DNA from: Verrucomicrobia bacterium UBA1727
Lineage (GTDB): Bacteria; Verrucomicrobiota; Kiritimatiellia; RFP12; UBA1067
Reading direction: 5' to 3'
DNA: 64,000 nucleotides
Assembly: GCA_002315875.1 (NCBI GenBank)
Contig: DCIL01000013.1
Span: forward strand, 3,168 to 67,167
The notes below the pieces were generated by a model. The model did no database searches. It saw only the letters and a program-made list of their open reading frames with translations, and had not been told where the DNA came from. Position 1 is the stretch's first letter, and each line of letters starts with the position of its first letter. Shown one piece after another: positions 43,667 through 53,400 of the stretch. The translations under genes were made by a program, and so were the position numbers.

Positions 43667-43694
43667 TTACAACTCCTGATGGCTTTGAATTTCG

Positions 43695-44456
43695 TTACTT
43701 CAGCGGCACTTCCGGCAGCTCGACCGCCGTCAGGTTCTCGCGCACCTTGCGGAAGGTCGACGAATCGACGACGCCGCCGTCCTTGCGGTTGCGCGCGGTG
43801 CGGTCGTTGCGCTTGCGGAGCACGGGATAGAGCTCTGCCTGCTGCTGGGCCGCGACCAGGATTTCCGCCTGCTGCGGCGGGAGCGCCACGAGAATCGTCG
43901 AGGAGCCGCCGGTCTGGGGCTCGCGGAACTGTCCGTTCGCACCGACGATGCCCATCACGCGCACGCAGGGCATGAGCAGCGTCGTCTGCTTCGTCGCCTC
44001 GCCCATGTCGTCCGTACCCTTGCCGTCCGTCCAGCTCGCAAGAATCGCAATCTCGTCGTCCGGCAGGAGCATGGCGATGAGCGTAGGATTCGCGAACGTC
44101 ACCGGAATCACCCACTCGCCATCGTGAATCGTCTCCGCGAGCGAGGCATTCATGCGCACGTCGCTCACGAGCACGAATTCGTCCATCGCGATCGCGCGCG
44201 GAATGCGCTGACCGTAGGCGATGGCGACCTCGCCCCACTTGAGCGCATTCTTCGGCGCCGCCGCCACCGGAATGACGCGGTAGCTCAAGTCACCTTCGCG
44301 CAACTCCTGCATCGCCACGAGATCGTGGTTAGCGATACAGACCGCCATCATCTCCTCCTGTCCGGCGATTTCCTTGTCGGACAGCATCTTCGAAACGGCG
44401 TAGACCGCCGCGAGGCCCAGAATCACGGCCGCGATGAGCGGCATTGAGTTTTTCAT
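43695..44456 (-). CDS. cpaB: CpaB/RcpC Flp-pilus assembly protein (SAF domain)
   Basis: 253 aa. N-terminal anchor MPLIAAVILGLAAVYAV, SAF-like segment (VCIANHDLVAMQELREGDL), C-terminal TILVALPPQQAEILVAAQQQAELYPVLR typical of CpaB. Confidence 0.75.
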   Translation of the reverse strand: MKNSMPLIAAVILGLAAVYAVSKMLSDKEIAGQEEMMAVCIANHDLVAMQELREGDLSYRVIPVAAAPKNALKWGEVAIAYGQRIPRAIAMDEFVLVSDVRMNASLAETIHDGEWVIPVTFANPTLIAMLLPDDEIAILASWTDGKGTDDMGEATKQTTLLMPCVRVMGIVGANGQFREPQTGGSSTILVALPPQQAEILVAAQQQAELYPVLRKRNDRTARNRKDGGVVDSSTFRKVRENLTAVELPEVPLK

Positions 44457-44459
44457 CTC

Positions 44460-47400
44460 TTACTCCTTAGTTGTATATTCGATGTTGAAATTGTCACCAT
44501 AGAGATAGGAACTGCGTTCGAATCCGACGAGATCGATCGAGCCGAGCTGCGAACTCGTCAGATGGTAGGACTCACCCGCCGCATACGTCTGCGGATTGAG
44601 CGGCGAGTTGGAGATCATGTGGATCTGGTCCAGCGTCGTCGCGTAAGAGTAGTCCGGCACCGTCGGCGTAAGCCCGTCGTTGAGAATCACCCAGACGCCG
44701 TCATGGAAGCCGAAGTGCGGCAGATCGTTGCCTCCGACCGTGCGGAAGGACGCCCACTGCGGATGCTTGTAGCCGGCATTGACATCGATGTCGAGGGTGG
44801 GACCGCCCAAGCTGATCTCGGTATTCGGGAGATAGGAATTCGCCGTGAGATAGATGTTGCCGCCGGCCTCGATGACGCCGCCCATAGTTCCGATCTCACC
44901 GTTCGCGATCACCTTGAGGTTACCACCGGCGGACACATTGCCGCCGCTGCCGACGATCCATCCGCCCTTGGTGCGGTTGATTGAAAGACTGCCCGCCGCA
45001 TTGGCATCCAACCTGCCGGTCGCATTGGCGACGATGGGACTATCCTCCGTGCCGATCGTACCCGCCGTCAACGAGAGATTGCCACGGTCGGCATCGAAGA
45101 CGCTTTCGTAGATCTCGTTCGCATTGACCGCAAGATTGCCGTTGATCGTCGAGGCGCGGCTCTTAGAAAGCTTCGTGGCATTGACATTGAGATCTCCGTC
45201 GGCATTGTCGATCGTGAGCTGATTGTCGTTCACGAGCTCGAGATTGAGATCGCCGTTGTTGAAAAGCGTGACCTTCTCACCTGTGGCCTCGATCTTCGTC
45301 TCTCTGCCGAGATGATTGTCGGCAGCAGTGAGCTCGACGTTGCCCTCGGCGACGATGTAGTTCGGATCCTCCGCAGTGGACGCCGTGACAATGCGATCAT
45401 CGCCGATGATGTCACCCTCGGCTGACACCTTCATCGACTTGACATCGACCTCAGTGAGACGGAGCGCCTGGTCGTTGATAGCCACGAGATCGCCCGCCGC
45501 CGTCGCACCGAGCGACTCGACGTGACCTGCCCTGACCCAGACATTGCCGGAGCCGCCGTTGAGCACCGCGTCCTTGGCGGACAGGGACTCGAAATCAAGT
45601 CCGACAAGCGACGCGAACTGGGCGCTGCCCGCCGTCTCTGCGACGATCGTGGACTGGAAGATGTTGTTCGGATTGTCGAGCTTGATGCTGTCCGTCGCCG
45701 TCACCGTCGCCTTGCCGGCAACCGCAACCGCACCTTCCTGCGAAAGCGCACCGTTCACGCCGATATTCGCGTCTCCGCCGACGATCAGATCGTCCATCAC
45801 GAGATCGCGGTCGTTCTGAATCGTGAAGTTCGCGTGCGCCGCGCCCGCGATCTTGCCGACCGAGCCGTCCGCCACCGTCACCGATGCCCCGCTGTCCTCC
45901 GCCTTGAGCGTAGCGGACTGAGCAACGACGCGATTGAGCGCGGCATCTCCCTCGAAATCGATATTGATCGTATCCTCGGCGGTGAGATTGACCGTCGCCG
46001 CCTTGACTTCGGACTTGCTGCCGGCCTCGCTGCTGATCGACTTGGCCGCAAGTTCGATCGTGCCGTTCTCGCTGTTGGCGATAACATCGGCAATCGTCAG
46101 CGGCACGGTGTTGCCGATCATCACATCACCCTCAGTCGCCTTGGCCGAAGTCACACCATTAAGTTCATTGACTCCCCCGAGATAGACATCGCCCGTCTTC
46201 GCCACGAAGTCCGCCTTCGCCTGCGCGATCACCTTCGAGTCAGCATCCCCGTTGATGCCCTCCAGACCGGTAACCGAAAGATCGCCCGCGACATCGAGCG
46301 TTCCGATATCGAGAAGCTGCACCGCCGTCACATCGAGCTTTCCGGCGTTCTTGACGCTCGTCTTGGCGGCCGTATCGACCGTGAGCGCGAGATCGTTCTT
46401 GTTGACGAGATTGATGTCGTCGCCGGACTTCACGCTCGCCACGGCGCCGAGCTCGTTGTCCTCGTTCGTAAGCTCGACCTTGCCCTCGGCCACGATCTTG
46501 TTGGGATGCGCCTCGGTCGCCTGGGTCTTGACCTTATCAACCCCGGTGAGATCGCCGGCGATGTCGAGCACCATCGAACGCACGTCGATCTCCTTGAGGA
46601 CGAGCGACTTGCCGTTCTCGAAATAAAGATCCGCCGCGGTCGTCGCCGCAAGCGTGTTGACCATTCCGTTCTCCACGACGATATCACCATTGCCGCCGTT
46701 GAGCTGCGCGTTCTCAACATTGAGTCCGTCGAACTTGAGTCCGTTCTCGGAACTGATGTTGAGATCCTTCGCGTTCTCGATGACGATCTTCGATCCGAAG
46801 TGGTTGAAGGGGTTAAGAAGCGTTATGTCTCCCGCCGCTGCAAACGTCGCCGTACCGCCAACCGAGACGCGAGTATCATAAACGAGCGGCTCCTGCTGTG
46901 TGATGTTGCCGTCCGCCCGAATCGCCGCGGTGCCGTTCGCCTCGATATAACCGAGCTCGAGATTCTGGTCGTTCATGAACTCAAAGTTGCGATCCACCTT
47001 GGCGGAAATATTCTTCACCGCACCGTCCGTAACCTTGAGCGAAGAGCCGGCGTCAGTGGCCTCGAACTTCGCATAGTTCGCGACGACATGGTCGAGCGTG
47101 GCATCGCCCTTGAAGTTGATGTCGATGTCCTCCAGCGCCTCGAGATTCGCCGAGCCCGCCGCCATCTTGATCTGCCGTCCGTCGCTCTTGATGTTCTTGG
47201 CGGTTACGTTGAGCGTGCCGTCCCCCGTCTTCGCCATCATGTCACCGAGATGGATGTCACCCTCGTTGTTGATCGCGATGTTGCCGCGCTCCGCCCTGGC
47301 CGCGACAATGCCGGTCATCTCGTTCTTGCCCTGGAGCAGCACGTCGCCGTTGACCGTATTCGCACTGAACGCACCGGTCGTGACCTTCGAGCTCTCGTCG

Positions 47401-50400
47401 CCCACGACTCCGTTCTCCGCGGCAATATCAATTGAATCGGCCTTGAACTGACCGACGTAGAGCTGCTTGCCCGCCACAACCTTGAGATCGCCGGCGATCG
47501 TGGCGTCCACCGTATCCTCGGCGTCGAGACCGAGCGTGACCGAACCGTTGTTGACGATCTTGACCGTCTCACCGGAATCGATGTTGAGACGCTCGCCGAA
47601 GTTGTTCGCCGCGTCGGTCAGAACGACCTTGCCGGAGGCGACGACCTTGTTCGGATTCTCCAGCGTCGATTTATCTGCGGTGAGGACGCCTTCCTGCGTG
47701 ACATCACCCGTGGCCTGGATCTCCATGCGGCCGACGGTGGACTCCTTGAGGACGAGCGACTGATTGTTGATCACCTTCAGATCCGCCTCGGTCTTCGCCT
47801 GAAGGGTGTCCACCAGACCCGAACGCACGAGGATGTTCTTCGTCTTGCCATCGAGCACGGCGTCCACCGCCGTGAGCGAATCGAAGTCGAGGCCTTCCGC
47901 CGCGGTGAACTTCGCCGTGCCGAGCGTTTCCGCGGCAATGCGCGAGCCGAAGTGGTTGTTCTCGTTCACGAGCTCGATACCCTCGGTAGCGACGACCGTG
48001 CTCTTGCCGTTAACCGAGATCTTGTCCGTCTGAGAAAGGACGCCATCAACCGAAACCTTCGCGCTCCCGCCGACCGTGACCGCCCCGAGGGCGAGCGACT
48101 TGTCGTTAGCGAAGTCGAGATTCTTCGAAACCGCGCCCGCGAAGGTCTTGACCGAGCCGTCCGCCACCGTGAGCGACGAGCCGTCGACATCGGTATTGAG
48201 CGTCGCGTTCTGAGCGACGACGCGATTGAGCTTCGCGCTACCCTTGAAGTTGACGGCGATGTCTTCAGCGGCACCGAGATTGACGGACGCGCCAGTCATC
48301 TCGATCTTGCTATCGCCCTCGCTCTTTATAGAATTGGCGGAAACGGTGACCGAGCCCTCGTCCGCATTGGCAATCATATCGCCCACGAGAAGGTCGCCGT
48401 CATTCCTCAGTCCGACGCTGCCCTTCTCGGCCTTGGCGGACGCCACCCCACCGATCTGGTTGGCGCCCGCGAACACGAGGTCGCCCTGCTCGGCCACGGC
48501 GGTGAACGCGCCCGGGGTCGTCACCTTGGAATCGACATCACCGTTAACGCCGTTCTTGGCGTAGATGTCGATGGCGTTCGCGGTAATCTCGCCGACGAGC
48601 AGCTCACTCATCGCCTTGGTCTTGAGATTGCCGGCGACCGTGGCGCTGAAAAGTCCCTCGGCGTCAATCGTCAGATCAAGGTCTTCGCCGTTATGGAGAT
48701 TCACCTCCTTTTCGGAAGTGACGCTTGCTACCTTGAGCTGGTTCTCATCGGACGTGAGCGAGATTGCGCCGGAGGCGACGAGCTTGTTCGGATTCTCCGC
48801 GGTCGCCGCGGTCACGATCTTCTTGTCACCGGTGATCTCGCCTTCGACGCCGAGCTTGAGCGAACCGGCGGTGATCTCGTTAAGCTGAAGATCCTGGCTG
48901 TTCACGGCCTTGAGATTGCCCTTGACCGTGCCTGCGAGGGTGTCAACCTTGCCGTTCCGGACGAGCACATCGCCGTTCTCGCTCGCGACCACCGCGTCCC
49001 GCGCGACGAGCGAGTTGAAATCGAGGCCCTCGCTCGAAGCGAAGCTCGCCTTGGTGGAGGTCTCGGCGACGAGGCGCGAGGCGAAGACGTTCTGCTGGTT
49101 CTCGAGCGTGATGTCGTCCGTCGCCTTGACCGTGGTGAGTCCGCCGACCTTGACCGCGCCGTCCTGAGCGATCTTGCCGTCGACCGTGAGATTGAAATCG
49201 CCCTTCTTCTCCGCAAGGTCGCCGACCGTCACCTCGCCGAGGGTGAGGTTGCGGTTGTTGACGATGGTAAGATTCTTCTTCACCTCGCCCGCGAAGCGTC
49301 CCATCGCGCCGTCCGCCACCGTGATCGACGCGCCCTCGTTCTTGGCGGCGAGCGTCACGTTGTCAGCCGCAACGGTATTGAGATTGCCGTCGCCCTTGAA
49401 CGTGAGGTTGACGTCCGTCGCGCCGAGATTTACGGACGATGCCGTCAGCTCGATCTCGCGATCTTCGCTGACGATGGAATCGGCCATGAGATCGATCGAG
49501 CTTTCCTCGCCCTTTGCGGTGACATCGCCGATTCTGAGCGTATCCGCCGCGACGATGCCGACGCTGCCGGCATCCGCCTGGGCAGTAACGATGCCGGCGA
49601 ACTCATTTGCGCCAGCGAGCATGATGTCGCCGCCGGTCGCCTTCGCGTCGAAGTTGCCGGTGATGATCTTCGAATCGGAGTCGCCCGTAAGACCGTTCGC
49701 CGCTACGACCTTCACGTTGTCGGCCTTCATCTGTCCCACGTTGAGTTCCGTCCCCGCCTTGACGTTCAGGTCGCCGTTGATCTTGGTGCTGAGCGGACCT
49801 TCCGCGTTGATCTCGAGATTGAGCGCGTTGCCGTTGACGAGTGTGACCGCGTCGCCGCCGTCGACCTTGAGCGTATCGCCGAGCACGTTCTCGTCGTTAA
49901 CGAGCGCGATCTCACCGGACGCCTTGAGGCTGTTGGGAGAATCCGCCGTCGCACCGTGCGTCGTGATCTTCGCCGCGCCGTACACCCAGCCCTCGTTCTC
50001 GATCTCAAAGGTCTTCACGTCGAGCTCGCGAAGCGCGAGATTCGTCTGGTTCTTGACCTTGAGCTTGCCGCCGGCCGTGGCCTTGAGCGATTCAACCGAG
50101 CCGTTGTTGATGACGATATCGTTGTCATCGGCGGTGCCCGCGCGCAGATCTGCCGCGGACGCACTGAGCGAGTCGAACTCGAGGCCGCGGTCTTCGGTAG
50201 TGACGAACGTCGCCGCACCGCCGGCCTGGGCGAGGATGCGCGAGCCGAAGTAGTTGTAGGGATTGTCGAGACGGATGTCCTTCGTCGCGGTGAAATTGGC
50301 AGTGCCACCGATGTTGAGCGCGCTTGAGGCGTCCGCATAGCCGCCCTGCGAGATCGTGCCGTCCGCAGAGACCGCAGCATCGCCGCCGACCGAGAAGCTG

Positions 50401-53400
50401 CCGAGGACGACGGACTTGGAGTTCGCGATCGAAAGATCCTTCGCCACGGACACGGCGAGATTGTCGACCGAACCGTTCGCGACCGTGACGGACGCTCCCT
50501 CGTCCGTCACAACGAGATTGGCATTGCGGGCGGCGAGCTCATCCATATTGAGCGTGCCGGCCACATTGAGCGTGACGTCGCCAGGCGCGCCCGCCGAAAC
50601 GCTGGCCGCCGTGAGCGTTACCTTGCCGTCGCTCACCACGTTCGCGCCGCGAAGTCCGATTGAACCCGAAGTGGCGTTCGCGGTCATGTCGCCGATAAGC
50701 AGCGTGCGGCTGTTGATGACGCCGATGTTGCCCTCCTTGGCGGTAGCGGTGACCTTGCCGTAGAGCGCATTGTTCTCGCTCGCGAGATAGACATCGCCCG
50801 ATTTCGCGACCGCATCCAGCGTGCCTTCGGCGCGAACGACCGAATTCTCGTCGCCGTAAAGCCCGGTCTTGCCCTCGAGGCGGACGTTGTAACCGGCGAC
50901 GGATCCGAGCGTGAGTTCCTGTTCTTCGACGCCCACGACGGTGACGTCGCGGAGAGCGTCCTCGGACCCGGCCATCACCGAGACGCGACCGAGATTCCAC
51001 GACTCGCGCGTCTCCTTAGATTGCATCTGATCGAGATCGAGGATGAAGTCGGCGTTGCGCGAGAGGAAGGTCGTGCCGGTATCGGCATCGACGATCGCGT
51101 CCTCACCGAAGCTGATCTTCTGCGAGGCGTCGAGCGTGATGTTGTCGCCGGTGATCTGTCCATCGACCTTGATGTCACCGGTCGTGGCGAGCGTGATGTC
51201 GCCGGCCTTCGCCGTTACGTTATCGACCGTAACGTCGGTGGAGTTGCGGAAGGTCACGCCGTCGCGCGCGTTCGCACCGAAGATCATGACGTCGTGGGAG
51301 GGACCGTTCTCGTTGTCGAGCTTGACCGCGCCCTTCGCGCTGCTTGCCCAGAGCGAGCCCGAGGTGCGGCGCACGTATTCGTCACCGGGAATGCGGTTCT
51401 GGTCGGTGGTGACGATGCGGCGGTTGTTGGAATCGACGCCCTTGGTGCCGTCGAGCTCGACGTCGCCGGCGGTGATGTTGCCTTCCATCACGAGCTTCTT
51501 TTCGGTCGAAACGTAGGCCGTGCCCTGCGCGCGCACCTCGCCGAGACGTCCGGACCAATCGCTCTTGTCCGCCCCCTGGGTGTCGATGACGACGTTGCCC
51601 TTGTCCGCAATCGCAGTGAGCGTGCCCGCGACGAAGGCGGACGACGCCGCAACCGAGATGCTGCCGTTCTTGGACTCGAACTCGACATTGTTGCCCGAGA
51701 CGCGGCGGATGTCGATCGTGCCCCAGTTCTTGAAGTTGAGATCGGCGGTGTCGCTCGCGGCAAGGCGAATCTCGCCAAGAACGTCATTGACCGTCTTCGA
51801 AAATTCGATCGTTGCGTTATCGGCGGCGGCGATGACCGTCGCGTTGCCCTGGGTGCGGATCGCGCTGTTGAGCTTGATCGAGCCCTCGGTTTCGCGAAGG
51901 TAATAGTCGCCCGTCATGATATCACCGCCGAGATCGGTCGCCGTGAGCGTGCCCTCGGTCTTGTTGCCGACGATGGTGAGCCCGCCCGGCGCATCGTAGC
52001 GGAGATCGGCGATGGTCGTGTAGGTGTCTTCGCCGGTCGTTTCGCGAATCGAACTGACGACGAGCGTCTGCGGCGCCTTCACGTAGAACTTCGCATCGTC
52101 CTTAAGCCCGACCGCGAACGTTCCGCCGTCGAGCGAGAGCGTATAGAGCTGCGACGGATCGGTGATATCGCCGGTTTCATAGCCGCCGATGAAGTCACGA
52201 CGCTGCGAGGACTTGCCGCCGGTGTCGAGCGCGAGCGTGTTGGCGTAGAGATCGCCCGCGAGACGGAAGGTCTCGGGATCGAGATAGGCGTTCGCGCGCA
52301 ACTTGATGTCGCCGGCCAAACCGAAGATGGAGTCGACGAAGACATGGTCGTTCTTGCCGAGCGAGACGTTGATGGAATTGTAGAAGCCCATCGTCGAGGC
52401 CTTGATGGTGACCTGATTGTCGGACGTGAGATCGGCGCCGGAGAAGATCAGCGACCGCGAACCGGCATCGATCGTACCCTTGCCGGAAAGCGTGATCGTG
52501 TTCTTCTTGGCCGCGGAAATGATGAGGCCGGTATCAGACGCATCGAGCACCGTCTCAGGCAGGACCACGTTCAGGTCGCCCACGCCCTGCAGCACGACGC
52601 TCGCGCGATTGCCGGTGCGCGAACCGGGCGCGGCGACCTTGAGCGCCATCGACTCGTCGACCGTAAGCGTCGAGCCGAGATTGTAGATACGCATGTACTC
52701 AAGATGCGCCCAGGTGCCGAAGTCGCCGTCGAGATCGGAAAGCTTGTAGTCGCGCTCGCGCATATCCAGGGACATCGCGCGCACGTAGCCGTTGCCGGTC
52801 GAGGTGATCTTGGGCAGCTGATAGGCGTTGGGCTTGCCCTGGTCGTCGAAGCCCTTCGTGAAGTCCGGCAAAACCTGCGAAAGCTCGCCGAAGACGTAGA
52901 GGTCGCCCTCGTGCTCGAGCTCGATGCCCGTATCGTAGGTGGCCGCACCGGTGGACGAGATGATGGCGTTTTCCTCGACCACGAGATCGCCGCTACCGCC
53001 TTGTCTGAGTTTCACGTTGCGCGCGTCGATGTTGATACGGTTGTCACCGGCATCGTCAAAGCGCTGGCCAATCACGAGATCGCCGCGGGACAGATTCTCG
53101 AGCGCGACCTGTCCATTCTCGGCCGCAATCTGGAAGTCACCGTTGAACGCCATGCCGTTCAAGGTCCTGATCGAGATGTCACCGGTTTCAGCGGCAATAC
53201 CGCGATTTTCGCCGACCGGATTCGCGGTAAACGAGTTGGCGTAGACCGACACGTTTTCGCCGGCCACGATGCTGCCGCGAAGATCAACCGAGACCGTCGG
53301 AGCACTGACCGAAATGCTGCCGCCCGCATTGAGAATGCCGAGCCGACCGTTCCAGCCGTTGATCGCCCCCTGCATCTCGATATCGCCGTTTTCGGCCGAA

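Noticed and set aside
44460-45250. TpsA C-terminus as a CdiA-type toxin with downstream immunity gene
   Set aside because: No VENN-like or other pretoxin motif was recognised, and the next gene, 3 nt away, is a clear cpaB rather than a small immunity protein. Kept only as a domain of unknown function.
47952-50327. Long plus-strand ORFs (for example 47952..50327 of 791 aa, 51021..53675 of 884 aa, 45522..47435 of 637 aa, 18876..20867 of 663 aa, 11048..12913 of 621 aa, 40308..42131 of 607 aa, 55206..56774, 22562..24022, 24716..26167, 20813..22525)
   Set aside because: They lie antisense to minus-strand genes that have clear family signatures. Their products are Arg/Asp/His-rich with no recognisable motifs, signal peptides or TM patterns. 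Long stop-free antisense frames are expected in GC-rich DNA and in repetitive genes.
45000-50760. The 1.15 kb periodic repeats considered as mobile-element or assembly-duplication artefacts
   Set aside because: The copies are substantially diverged at nucleotide level, stay in one continuous frame, and match the beta-helical repeat logic of TpsA proteins. They are coding structural repeats.
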